A stretch of 64,000 nucleotides of DNA from Candidatus Thorarchaeota archaeon (GTDB taxonomy: Archaea > Asgardarchaeota > Thorarchaeia > Thorarchaeales > Thorarchaeaceae). The translations under genes and the position numbers were made by a program. The notes under the pieces were generated by a model. It saw only the letters and a program-made list of their open reading frames with translations. It was not told where the DNA came from and made no database searches. Of this stretch, positions 28,408-37,739 are shown in pieces (within the stretch, counting starts at the first letter, position 1; each line of letters starts with the position of its first letter). The stretch covers positions 4,207 through 68,206 of the forward strand of contig JBHLRS010000009.1 of assembly GCA_048882325.1 (NCBI GenBank). Direction: 5' to 3'.

Positions 28408-28650
28408 TTGCGAATTGGACGCGCCCTTTCATCAGGAACTCGGCTGAAAATTTTGAAGATTCTACTTCAGGGAGAGAAAGACGTAACACGAGTGGCTAGA
28501 CACCTCGGCGGGACCGAAGCTAATGCCAGTGCTCAGATTAAGATTTTGAAGGATGCTGATTTACTGGATTGTAGATACGAACCCGGTCAGCATGGTCTCA
28601 AGAAAATATCATGGACCAAGATTAAACGCATCATCATTGACTTGGAATGA
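28408..28650 (+). CDS. Small ArsR-type winged-helix transcriptional regulator.
   Basis: The HTH pattern TRLKILKILLQGEKDVTRVARHLGGTEANASAQIKILKDADLL. The ORF-track start is a TTG. Confidence 0.45.
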   Translation: MRIGRALSSGTRLKILKILLQGEKDVTRVARHLGGTEANASAQIKILKDADLLDCRYEPGQHGLKKISWTKIKRIIIDLE

Positions 28651-28700
28651 TTCTCTCTTCCAGATAAGATTGACAAACACTAGTCTGTTGGAGAGCCGAA

Positions 28701-29303
28701 CTAAGCAGCTAAATGTGCTTTCCAACGGCGAATTCTTTTCAGTATATTATCACGTTCGTCAGGACGAATAGTTTTCTTTCCGCGAGCTTCAAGGAAGTTT
28801 AGAACTATATCCATATCTCTTCCTACCTTCCCCTTTTTGGATTCAGTATCATCATCAATAAGGTATTCTCTCGCAGCTTGTAGATATTCATAGATTATCT
28901 CTGCGGGTGCTTCTCCTGTACGAAGCTCGTGTGCAATCGGATCAAGAACTCTATTCACTTTCGCACTGTTATTGGTTTCTGGATCTTCGGGTACAGGTGT
29001 TTCAAAAGTAGGTTCATTTGGAGGTTTAGAATCGTCAATTTCTGAAGGTGGTGCTGGTGTTGCTTCTTGAGACTCTGAGTTTGGTGTCTTTATTTCAGAG
29101 AAGAGTGGGAGAATTGATGGAGATGTTTCTGACGCTGTACTGGAAACAAGGTTTAGACGGCTGCGTAGTTCACGGAGTTGGTCAAAAAGCTCTACAAGAC
29201 CAGATTGCATTGAATCAATCAGTTGTTTAATCTCGTTTAGGTCGTCTTCAGTCAATTGATAGGTAACCCCGATTGTTTTTGTCGTATCCGAGAGAAACTC
29301 CAT
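28701..29303 (-). CDS. Hypothetical protein with an N-terminal coiled coil, a Pro/Glu/Ser/Thr-rich linker and a basic C-terminal domain. It lies downstream of herA.
   Basis: 200-aa ORF 33 nt after the herA stop on the same strand. It contains a low-complexity linker (SETSPSILPLFSEIKTPNSESQEATPAPPSEIDDSKPPNEPTFETPVPEDPE). Confidence 0.45.
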   Translation of the reverse strand: MEFLSDTTKTIGVTYQLTEDDLNEIKQLIDSMQSGLVELFDQLRELRSRLNLVSSTASETSPSILPLFSEIKTPNSESQEATPAPPSEIDDSKPPNEPTFETPVPEDPETNNSAKVNRVLDPIAHELRTGEAPAEIIYEYLQAAREYLIDDDTESKKGKVGRDMDIVLNFLEARGKKTIRPDERDNILKRIRRWKAHLAA

Positions 29304-29336
29304 TCTTTCATCTTATCAGGATTGTGGGGAGGGACA

Positions 29337-30851
29337 CTATTTGTCAGATTTCTTCACAGCATCGGACAGGCTTTTGATTATACCAGTTGGTTCAAATTTC
29401 CGCTGACGTATTTTGACAAATGTGGGAACTGCTACCGTTTCGCCAACAAAAAGCGATTCACCAATTTCAAGAGTAGTGATCGAGTCCAATGAAGAGCGAT
29501 CGATACCCTCACTTGACTTACCAATATGGTCCAGATCGTATGGATTTGTGCATCTGAAGATGGCTTGATTGCTACATTGACTTAGAACTGTCGTGGAGAG
29601 TTTCACCGGTCTTTGAGAGATTAAGCAGAGAAGTGCGTAGAACTTTCTACCTTCTCGTGCAATTGTTTCAATACGACTCTTTGGTAAGGCGAGCTCGTGT
29701 CGGCTCTCAGGACAAAACTGGTGAGCCTCCTCAAGAACTAGTAAGAACGGTGGAATCTGCTCACGTCGCCTTAGATGGAGAAGTTCACTAGCCAAGTGGG
29801 AAACGATGATTTGCTTCTTCTTAAGACTAATAAAATCGCTTAGGTCAATCAAGGTGATTTTCCCTGGCCTCACTACTGTATTGATGTTTGGAACAGCCTC
29901 TTTCCCGAAAAGTCCGGTTTCATCAAGATTGATCAACCAGCCAGAAAGTGCCTCACGTGTGTTCTTGCTGATTTTTTCATCACTCTGGACATACTCTACA
30001 ACATCTGCTAACGTGTATCCCTCTCTCAGTGAGCTCTTCATCTCTGACACAACTCTGCGCAAGTCTCTGACTTGAATTGAACTCATGTCTGATACAAGAG
30101 ACCCTATCGCTTCTGCAGAAAGCGTTTGGACAGGTATCTGAAAATGTGAACCTCTGATATGCTCAATCTCAAATTGTCCTTTCGGTAATCCAAGGGCTTC
30201 AGGAGTGATATCCTGCAGATATGTGTATTCACCATGTACATCTACGACAACCACCGAAAGTCGACCTCTTTCCTTAAGCCGGGAGAGTAGCTCCTCCAGA
30301 AGAACTGACACAAAATAGGACTTGCCAGCACCGCTCATTGCTAGTATTGCTAGATGTTTGGAAAGTAAACGGTCAAGTGATGGGGCAAACTCCAGATTTT
30401 GATATGCTAACCGACCAAGATGAAGACCTTTTTCCAAGTCTAGTTTCAGAAAGGAGGCAAGAATATCTTCGTCAACTCTTCTAACAACAGCTCCTGGAGA
30501 CACTGCAAAGTACGGTCGAACGGTTCGACCTTCACTCCATAGACCCAAAACCCTTGCCATAGCAATTGTGTACTGCCATCGGTCTGTTGGAAAGATCGAT
30601 CGCAGTGGTTCGCCCCTTGATTGGTATTCGCGAACTGCTTCTGCATGTTGGTAATATCGGTTTGTACGTATTAAATCTTGAACCCTCGCTATCACTGTAC
30701 CTGCATCAGTGACAACTGAAATGAATTCCCCACGGCGTGCAACAATTTCTTTAGGTCCACCTTCGAGCACAAATGAAAATTCCATTACACTTGGACCAGC
30801 ATCAGTTGAAACAACGGTTCCAAGTCGTGTGGTTGATGAAAATTCAGCCAT
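29337..30851 (-). CDS. herA: HerA-type hexameric DNA translocase/helicase (HAS-barrel plus FtsK/HerA ATPase).
   Basis: Walker A AILAMSGAGKSYFV. Walker B region LLVLEEAHQF. It is paired with nurA. Confidence 0.8.
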   Translation of the reverse strand: MAEFSSTTRLGTVVSTDAGPSVMEFSFVLEGGPKEIVARRGEFISVVTDAGTVIARVQDLIRTNRYYQHAEAVREYQSRGEPLRSIFPTDRWQYTIAMARVLGLWSEGRTVRPYFAVSPGAVVRRVDEDILASFLKLDLEKGLHLGRLAYQNLEFAPSLDRLLSKHLAILAMSGAGKSYFVSVLLEELLSRLKERGRLSVVVVDVHGEYTYLQDITPEALGLPKGQFEIEHIRGSHFQIPVQTLSAEAIGSLVSDMSSIQVRDLRRVVSEMKSSLREGYTLADVVEYVQSDEKISKNTREALSGWLINLDETGLFGKEAVPNINTVVRPGKITLIDLSDFISLKKKQIIVSHLASELLHLRRREQIPPFLLVLEEAHQFCPESRHELALPKSRIETIAREGRKFYALLCLISQRPVKLSTTVLSQCSNQAIFRCTNPYDLDHIGKSSEGIDRSSLDSITTLEIGESLFVGETVAVPTFVKIRQRKFEPTGIIKSLSDAVKKSDK

Positions 30852-30854
30852 TTG

Positions 30855-32018
30855 TTAGCCTCCAAAAGGATTTCTTGAACGTCTTTTCTCAAGTGTCAAA
30901 TAGGTGAGCCCAGATAAAGCCATGAGACGGTCGATGATTAATCGTGTTTCATTGGTAGTAATCTTTGCCCTTGCATCAGCCTCAAGAATTGGAGTAGGCA
31001 CTCCGTACTCAGGATGCTGTGAAGCTAAGGGGAGTATCGCAGAAAGAGCTTTATCCAGTTTGTCTGTGACTGCATCATCGTCCTCAGCTGAAAGATACTC
31101 CACTCTTATTGGTAAATCATCTCTTGCAGTCTTCAGATATGTGACCCAGATTGATGATGCCCAGGCAGACAAATCATCACTCGGAGAATTTGTATTAAGA
31201 ACAAGCTCTGATGAGTATCGAAATGCAAAGGACCTTTCTCCTTCCTCCAAGAATGTATCAAGGAGATCACAGTCTCGAGATATTTTGAGTAACCATCTAT
31301 AGTCAACTCCTTGCATCATTTCGAAGATTTCTGGTTTTCGAACAATGTGAGGAAGAATTTCACCCATTATCGTAGCTACACGTGTTGATCTACTATCTTT
31401 GACAATACCGATCAACGTTGTACCTTTCTTCCGGGCTTTGTGATAGAGTTGTTTGTAAAGAGATAGAACCTCTTGGAATTTCTCATATACAATAGAACCG
31501 GTTTGGGGACGGTCTCGAGGGTGATAGAATAAGGATCCATCCAATAGTATCAAATCCGTGTGATACTCTTCAAGAACTGATAGTGTGACTCTGAGTTCTG
31601 CTGCAATTCGTTCTAGTGATGCAAACTGGTCCAATTCAATACTAGACAATGTTAACATTAGTGGACTTATTTTTGGTTCAGGAAATGCATCAGGATAGAA
31701 ATCAACAATTGGACCATCTTCTGGTCCAAATTGGAAAATAACAGCAACCCCCCGCGTCAAGACCAAGTCCATCGATCTAAATCGTTTTCTGACCAAACCC
31801 CCATCAATCCCCGCAATTCTGAGACCTGATAGATTTGTAGGTTCTATCTTCGTGTAGAACTGTTTGTCAACAATATTCGACGCAACCGCTGGGAATTTGC
31901 CTAGGTCAATTTTACTTCTGACATTTCTGAGGACATCGCCAAAGCGTTCTCTTGTCACCTCGATATGCTCAATCTCCTCAACCAATTTTGATAGTAACTT
32001 ATCGAGGTTTCTTTCCAC
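30855..32018 (-). CDS. nurA: NurA 5'-3' nuclease.
   Basis: The catalytic N-terminal motif IAGIDGGLV and the later LLDGSLFY. Partnered with herA. The nurA start overlaps the pyrG stop. Confidence 0.75.
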   Translation of the reverse strand: MERNLDKLLSKLVEEIEHIEVTRERFGDVLRNVRSKIDLGKFPAVASNIVDKQFYTKIEPTNLSGLRIAGIDGGLVRKRFRSMDLVLTRGVAVIFQFGPEDGPIVDFYPDAFPEPKISPLMLTLSSIELDQFASLERIAAELRVTLSVLEEYHTDLILLDGSLFYHPRDRPQTGSIVYEKFQEVLSLYKQLYHKARKKGTTLIGIVKDSRSTRVATIMGEILPHIVRKPEIFEMMQGVDYRWLLKISRDCDLLDTFLEEGERSFAFRYSSELVLNTNSPSDDLSAWASSIWVTYLKTARDDLPIRVEYLSAEDDDAVTDKLDKALSAILPLASQHPEYGVPTPILEADARAKITTNETRLIIDRLMALSGLTYLTLEKRRSRNPFGG

Positions 32019-33700
32019 TACTTCTTCACTCTCACCTTTCTGTATTCCAGAGCAGCCTTAATTAATCCCAAGTAGAGTGGATGGGGCTTGTCGGGACGAG
32101 ACTTGAACTCCGGGTGGTATTGTACTCCAATCCAGAAGGGGTGGTCGACCAGCTCAATTGCGTTGATGATTCGACCAGTTGAGTCGAAAGCAGAAACTCG
32201 TAGACCCTGTTCATCCATTTTATTCAAATACCGATCAATCAGGTGATACCTGTGACGAAATCTCTCATGTACCTTGTCGGTACCATAGAGTTTGTGTAAA
32301 CGAGTGCCTTCAACAATGTGAACATCATGGCCACCAAGACGCATTGTTCCACCCTTATCATCAATGCTTTTCTGTTCATCCAACAAGTCAACCACAGGAT
32401 AAAGGCTGTCAATATCTACCTCTGTGGTATGAGCTCCTTTCCAATCCATCACGTTCCTAGCAAATGCTATTGTAGAGAGCTGAGCACCATAACAAATGCC
32501 TAGGAGTGGTATCTTTGAAGTTAATGCAACAGAAGCAGCACATATCATTCCTTCGACACCACGTTCTCCAAAACCAGGAGTTAGAAGAACACCATCTACT
32601 TCTGACAAATCTTCATTAAGAAACTCCTCAGTGCATCGTTCTTCAGTTTCAACCCATCGTATCTCAATCTTAGCACCGCATGCAGCTGCTGCATGAACTA
32701 AAGCTTGGTTGATGCTCTTATACGAATCTCCAAGTGTCGTGTATTTGCCTGGCATTGCAATTACGACAGATTCCGTAGCAGTTTGATAGGACTCTACCAT
32801 TTTGGACCAGGTTTCGGTGTTGGGTGTCTGTGATTTCATCCCGAAGTGTTCAACGAGAATGTTTCCAAGACCTTCCTCCTCGAATAAGAGTGGGAGTTGG
32901 TAAATCACAGGAATATCTGGGTTTGAAATAACCCTCTCTGTGGGAATGTTACAGAATAAGGCTATCTTCTCCTTTGCAGCGTCTGGAAGTTTGCTCTCTG
33001 CTCTGCAGATTGTTACATCTGGCTGGAGTCCTAAACTCTGAAGTGTTCTGACACTGTGCTGTGTTGGTTTGGTCTTGAACTCTCCAACTGATTTTATGTA
33101 AGGTACAAGAGTGACATGTACAACAGCGGTACGAGACCTCCCCAACTCGCGTACAATCTGTCGCACAGCCTCGAGAAATGGCATTGCCTCAATATCGCCT
33201 ACCGTACCACCTATTTCTACAAGAAGAACATCAGGAATGGGTTCTTTTTCTATAACATCCCATATTCTTTGTTTTATTCTCTCAGTAATGTGAGGAATGA
33301 TTTGAACTGTCCGCCCAAGAAAGCCACCTTTTCGTTCCTCCAGAATCACTGAGATGTAAATTTGCCCTGATGTGATATTCTGAGAGGGGTGTACCTCCAT
33401 TCCAGTAAATCGTTCATAGGTTCCAAAGTCCAAGTCAATCTCTGAGATTGTAAATTCAAAACCTTCGACCGGTTGAAATGTCCAAGTCTGATCTGTCACA
33501 AAGACCTCTCCATGTTCTATTGGATTCAGAGTACCAGGGTCAATGTTCAGATATGGGTCAATCTTGATTATTCGAATACTATATCCTCTGAACTGAAACA
33601 GTTTTGCAATAGATGCAGTGGTGACTCCCTTTCCAATACCTGAGAGAACTCCACCTGTAATGAACACAAAATTTGGTCTTTCTCGCATAGAATCCAACAT
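32018..33700 (-). CDS. pyrG: CTP synthase with an N-terminal synthetase domain and a C-terminal glutamine amidotransferase domain.
   Basis: The P-loop-like FITGGVLSGIGKG. The GATase catalytic GICYGAQL and the HPEF histidine. Confidence 0.9.
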   Translation of the reverse strand: MLDSMRERPNFVFITGGVLSGIGKGVTTASIAKLFQFRGYSIRIIKIDPYLNIDPGTLNPIEHGEVFVTDQTWTFQPVEGFEFTISEIDLDFGTYERFTGMEVHPSQNITSGQIYISVILEERKGGFLGRTVQIIPHITERIKQRIWDVIEKEPIPDVLLVEIGGTVGDIEAMPFLEAVRQIVRELGRSRTAVVHVTLVPYIKSVGEFKTKPTQHSVRTLQSLGLQPDVTICRAESKLPDAAKEKIALFCNIPTERVISNPDIPVIYQLPLLFEEEGLGNILVEHFGMKSQTPNTETWSKMVESYQTATESVVIAMPGKYTTLGDSYKSINQALVHAAAACGAKIEIRWVETEERCTEEFLNEDLSEVDGVLLTPGFGERGVEGMICAASVALTSKIPLLGICYGAQLSTIAFARNVMDWKGAHTTEVDIDSLYPVVDLLDEQKSIDDKGGTMRLGGHDVHIVEGTRLHKLYGTDKVHERFRHRYHLIDRYLNKMDEQGLRVSAFDSTGRIINAIELVDHPFWIGVQYHPEFKSRPDKPHPLYLGLIKAALEYRKVRVKK

Positions 33701-33820
33701 AAGTGACCTCAGAAATAGTTTTGGGACAGTACCTATTGCCTAGGTCTAATTATGTGACTGCGGTCACATCGGGTCGTATAAATGGTTTGCCAGATGTTTC
33801 TGTGATTGAGCATTTCGCGC

Positions 33821-34402
33821 TCATGAAACTGGTTGAGCAAGTATACTTGCACGCATAGCACTCTGAAAGAGATACTGAAATGCTTCCATAATGTTATGAC
33901 CCTCTCTAGCGACGCTCCTGAAGACAGGCACAGATGATGGAATTCTCAAGTGTGACCTAAGCTGTTCTTCTTGTATGGCACTTGGGAGATCTTGTTTGTT
34001 GAGACACACGATTAACGGCAGAGGTCGCTCCTCCTCTTCAATCATTGACATTAACTCATTCCAACTTGCCAGATTTTCATCAAGGAGATGTTCTTGAGAG
34101 TCTGCAACAAAAATCACTCCATCGGCCCCGACCAGCACGACTTCACGTGTAGACCTATAGAAGTCTTGACCTGTGGCAGACCAAACATGTGCATTGATTG
34201 TCCAACTATTACTCAGTGAAAAAGGAATAGTGCCAAAATCACAAAACATTGTTCTTCCAACAGTGTTCTCAATTGATGTCAGTTTCTCAGCATAGTCTAA
34301 TGAAGAAAACAGCCAACGAATCGAGGTTGTTTTTCCACTCATTGCAGGTCCAAAGAAGACTATCTTGAGTCCCACCGTACGATTGCCATAGTCGATTATC
34401 AC
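33821..34402 (-). CDS. MglA-like Ras-superfamily small GTPase.
   Basis: G1 IVFFGPAMSGKTT. RTMFCDF as in MglA RTLFFDF. Switch II TGQDFYRS...VGADGVIFVADSQ parallels MglA's PGQVFYDAS...KGVDGVVFVADSQ. G4 is NKQD. Confidence 0.75.
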   Translation of the reverse strand: MIIDYGNRTVGLKIVFFGPAMSGKTTSIRWLFSSLDYAEKLTSIENTVGRTMFCDFGTIPFSLSNSWTINAHVWSATGQDFYRSTREVVLVGADGVIFVADSQEHLLDENLASWNELMSMIEEEERPLPLIVCLNKQDLPSAIQEEQLRSHLRIPSSVPVFRSVAREGHNIMEAFQYLFQSAMRASILAQPVS

Positions 34403-34417
34403 TTATCTGACCCCCAG

Positions 34418-35338
34418 TCATGTTCCCCACATGCTGTCTACCCACGCTCCGAGTCCCGACAAAGCTCCGCTTTTTACACAATCAGAGAAATCTTCATGCC
34501 ATTCAGCTCTTATGAATTGAATCAAATCAGGAAGCTCTCCTCCATCCCATCCAATGGCTTCATAGAGGTTTCTCTCTGTCAATGTTGTGGATGCGCCAAG
34601 TTCCCTAGCTAGACGAATTCTTGACAATAGAGTGACTGCTCTACGGGCTGCATGAACATAGTTGTTTATCTCTTCTTCAAACACATCTTGTGTGAGTTTC
34701 TCTGACTCGTCATCTAGTTTCAGAACAGCATTGAGAATGTGCTCTGAAACTTTGAGTCCACGAAGTGACTTAGTGAGGAGTCGTCTGATACGTTCTAGAG
34801 ATTGTTTCTTTCTCACCAGGATCTTGTTCACAATTTTCTTCTCAACCTCAAGACTGCTATTTGATGGTCTAACAAGTGAGAAAGTAATGGATGATGGTGA
34901 ACTCACTCTTAATATTCCACAGTTGCCTGAATTTTTGAGAATATGAGCGGTTACATCTTGGAGCGTACTTTCAGTTACTTGTACACCTAGCACTGTGAAA
35001 CCGAGAGGTACAGCAAGGATCCAACCTGCAAAGTGTGAGATTCTATCCATTGCTAGTCGAAGATTCCCTGAGAGACCACAAACAATAGTCCTACTCACCT
35101 CATAGTTGTGTTTTTCCTCCTCCCATACTGCGAGAATCTCGGATTCGGAAGTGAAATCACGCCAGAACACAAGTTTGTGTCGATGAGGACAGAGAGTAGT
35201 CAGACTCTCTGTGATATCATCTACTAGTTCGATATCCTCACCTGCGACAATCACTGGCATCCGTTCCAGTAATGCATTCAATAGAAGAGGAAATTGGTCG
35301 CCCATCAACTCGATTAATTTCATGATTGAGTATGTCAT
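34418..35338 (-). CDS. Hypothetical 306-aa protein in the MglA-like operon, with a possible Roadblock-like N-terminal segment.
   Basis: It sits between the tandem-Roadblock gene (ATGA overlap at 35335-35338) and the GTPase gene (15-nt gap). The MPVIVAGEDIELVDDI segment loosely resembles the Roadblock G-x-x-G...D-G strand. There is no P-loop. Confidence 0.45.
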   Translation of the reverse strand: MTYSIMKLIELMGDQFPLLLNALLERMPVIVAGEDIELVDDITESLTTLCPHRHKLVFWRDFTSESEILAVWEEEKHNYEVSRTIVCGLSGNLRLAMDRISHFAGWILAVPLGFTVLGVQVTESTLQDVTAHILKNSGNCGILRVSSPSSITFSLVRPSNSSLEVEKKIVNKILVRKKQSLERIRRLLTKSLRGLKVSEHILNAVLKLDDESEKLTQDVFEEEINNYVHAARRAVTLLSRIRLARELGASTTLTERNLYEAIGWDGGELPDLIQFIRAEWHEDFSDCVKSGALSGLGAWVDSMWGT

Positions 35339-36282
35339 GGTTCTCTCCTCGTTAACATTAAGCCACCATCAGAACCTCCTGACAGCAGCAGCTCTTTCAG
35401 ATCATCTGGAACTGCGGGTTTCACTGCAGAAGCGGCAGCTAAAACTCTTCGTATCTCCTCAATGTAGTGTTTCAGTAACAGTCTCATCAAACCGAGTTTC
35501 TGGCTATCTTTATCCACCCACAGGCTAAACACGCCATTTGGAACAGCATAGATGAAATGGCGAGTTTCAGCTGTTTCACAGAGAACGGTCTGTAATGAGC
35601 TGTTCCGGAGTGTTCGTACTACTCGTTCTGACGCATCATGAAGTGCAAAAGACATTGCAGCCAATCGGTCGTTAGTAAACCCTTCTAATGAAACTCGGAC
35701 TCCACCACTTAATGAAAGAAACACGGATCCAATATTAGGAATGCAGTCATGTACTTGGCGTAAAAGAGCTCTGAGACTAAGTGCTTGTGAGCGATCAAGG
35801 GAAATCATGGAGCGTGATACACCATAACTTGTATCACGACCCTCTGCCACAGCAAACCCTTGAAGTACTTTCTGAGTTTCGTCGATACTATAAGAACGGA
35901 GTGGAGGTAATCTTCCGTCTACATGTTCTCTCAGAAGAAAAGAAAGTCTAGATAGATTATCCTTCATCTCAATAAATAATGCAGCTAGATTAACTCTGGG
36001 TGCTGTTGTTACTGTCAGAAAATAGTCTGGATCATTTGGCAACGAAGCAAGAAAGACCTTCGATGTATCAGACTCCATCAGTAGATAATTGAAATCACCA
36101 TGTATGAGTTTAGCCACTCCGAAGATTGCACAGGTCGATGATGCCACAGCAAAGACTTCATCCTTGCTGAACCATACTCCTGCGCTTGCAACGGGGAGTC
36201 CATCTTTTTGGATTAAAACGACATTCTCAACACCGGTGATGGCTTTTATGTTCTGGAGAGTTTCAGTCAATTCGTCGCTCAA
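35335..36282 (-). CDS. Tandem Roadblock/LC7-domain protein (MglB-like pseudo-dimer).
   Basis: First repeat: LQNIKAITGVENVVLIQKDGLPVASAG...FAVASSTCAIFG. Second repeat: ALLRQVHDCIPNIGSVFLSLSGGVRVSLEG...RLAAMSFALHDASERVV. Confidence 0.65.
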   Translation of the reverse strand: MSDELTETLQNIKAITGVENVVLIQKDGLPVASAGVWFSKDEVFAVASSTCAIFGVAKLIHGDFNYLLMESDTSKVFLASLPNDPDYFLTVTTAPRVNLAALFIEMKDNLSRLSFLLREHVDGRLPPLRSYSIDETQKVLQGFAVAEGRDTSYGVSRSMISLDRSQALSLRALLRQVHDCIPNIGSVFLSLSGGVRVSLEGFTNDRLAAMSFALHDASERVVRTLRNSSLQTVLCETAETRHFIYAVPNGVFSLWVDKDSQKLGLMRLLLKHYIEEIRRVLAAASAVKPAVPDDLKELLLSGGSDGGLMLTRREP

Positions 36283-36333
36283 GTCCTCAGCTCCGGACGG
36301 AAAGTTGGGTTCAACTTAGAATCCTTCTCGCGA

Positions 36334-36342
36334 CTATATAAC
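36334..36342 (-). promoter_or_regulatory. Putative TATA box (minus-strand TTATATAG) about 55 nt upstream of the Roadblock/MglA operon start.
   Basis: The sequence cgaCTATATAAcc lies in the 135-nt intergenic region before the first gene of the three-gene operon. Confidence 0.25.
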
Positions 36343-36417
36343 CACCACACAGAATTGAAAATCAAACACTTTCTCTTTGCAAGTTCTTTAAGATCGTGTA
36401 TATGGACTGGAGCTTTA

Positions 36418-37713
36418 TTACATGTGTATCAAAGCTGCGTCAGGAACCTCCTGAAAGACCTCTCGTGCAGCTCGTCCCACTTTGGTTCGATTCTTTTCAA
36501 TAGTGTATACACGAATGACATCAAGGTATGTCTTCATCATTTCTGCAATATTAGAGTATTCAGAGAGATTGTGAGGTACTCGTTTCCCATCAACCATCTC
36601 AAAGATTCCTATTTCCATCGGATCAAGTTGGTGCGGATTATAAGGAACTGATGGCAGTGTTGGAACATCAACTATCACCTCTTCATGACTGACTCCAGCA
36701 AGAGCTGCAATTTCATCTTGTATACTCTCACGAACCTTGCTTTTGGTGAGGATTTTGGAAACAAATCGATCTTGTGTATGAAGGACCTTTTCAAATACAG
36801 ATTTGTAGAGAACACGTGAATCAAGAAGAGTAATCATCCGTATCGCCTCTTTAGCTTCCTCCGATTCGGTTGGATCAATGTTTCGAATTCTAGATATGAG
36901 AAACATGTCATCCAGCTTCATGAATTCTTCAGGTGATGAGAAACTGGTAAGTTCCAGCACCTTGTCTGCTGCCTCAATCAACTTGACAAGCATCACTTCG
37001 ACACTACGTACGGTTTTATGATAATAGACATTGAGAAACATCTCGTACCGTGCAACAAGAAATGACTCTAATGCCCCTCTTGCGGCTATGTCAAATTGCA
37101 TCTCAAAGTCCTTTGATATTTCGATACTATCAATCAAGCGATGGATATCGACGAGTCCATAATTAACACCACAATAGAACGAATCCCGAATCAGATAATC
37201 CATCTTGTCGGAATCTATCTGTCCAGCGACAATTCCAGCTATGATTTTGTCCTTCTTGGTCTTTTGTCGACCACGAACCAGGTCACCAATTCGTTTCTTT
37301 GAGATTCCATCATCTTCCAAAATATCACCTAGTTCACTCTTGAGGATTATCCACTCTGTCACATCTTCATGGTTCATTCGTCGTTTTTCAAGAAGCACTT
37401 CTTCAAAGACATGGCTGAAGGGCCCATGACCAATATCGTGAAGAAGACCAGCGATTCTTACTTCTTGCAGTTTTTTATCTCCAAGACCCATTTGACTCAA
37501 AAGCCTTCGACCACTTAGTCCTGCTAAATACATGACCCCAACACAGTGACTAAAGCGTGTATGTTCAGCTGTAGGATAGACAAAGTGACCACCTGAAAGC
37601 TGTTTGATTCTTCGTAATCTTTGATATGGTTGTGAGTTGATGATTTTAGATTCAATTTCAGTTATACCTATGAAACCGTGAATTGGGTCATTTATCTCTA
37701 TAGCAAATTCCAT
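36418..37713 (-). CDS. HD-domain (deoxy)nucleoside triphosphate triphosphohydrolase-like protein.
   Basis: The HD motif RFSHCVGVMYLA...GLLHDIGHGPFSH. The start was moved to the internal Met (MEFAIEINDPIHGF, the typical family N-terminus). This removes the 70-nt overlap with the upstream gene that the ORF-track start (37809) would create. Confidence 0.7.
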   Translation of the reverse strand: MEFAIEINDPIHGFIGITEIESKIINSQPYQRLRRIKQLSGGHFVYPTAEHTRFSHCVGVMYLAGLSGRRLLSQMGLGDKKLQEVRIAGLLHDIGHGPFSHVFEEVLLEKRRMNHEDVTEWIILKSELGDILEDDGISKKRIGDLVRGRQKTKKDKIIAGIVAGQIDSDKMDYLIRDSFYCGVNYGLVDIHRLIDSIEISKDFEMQFDIAARGALESFLVARYEMFLNVYYHKTVRSVEVMLVKLIEAADKVLELTSFSSPEEFMKLDDMFLISRIRNIDPTESEEAKEAIRMITLLDSRVLYKSVFEKVLHTQDRFVSKILTKSKVRESIQDEIAALAGVSHEEVIVDVPTLPSVPYNPHQLDPMEIGIFEMVDGKRVPHNLSEYSNIAEMMKTYLDVIRVYTIEKNRTKVGRAAREVFQEVPDAALIHM

Positions 37714-37739
37714 TGTTTGCTCACCATCTTGGAAGATTG

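Noticed and set aside
32040-32110. tRNA-like T-loop string (gacttgaactccgggtgg) suggesting a tRNA
   Set aside because: It lies inside the well-supported pyrG coding sequence. No acceptor stem or anticodon arm can be formed.
33740-33760. Palindrome GTGAC-TGCG-GTCAC between the pyrG and MglA-like genes
   Set aside because: A single short hairpin. It could be a terminator or operator, but there is no T-tract and no second copy.
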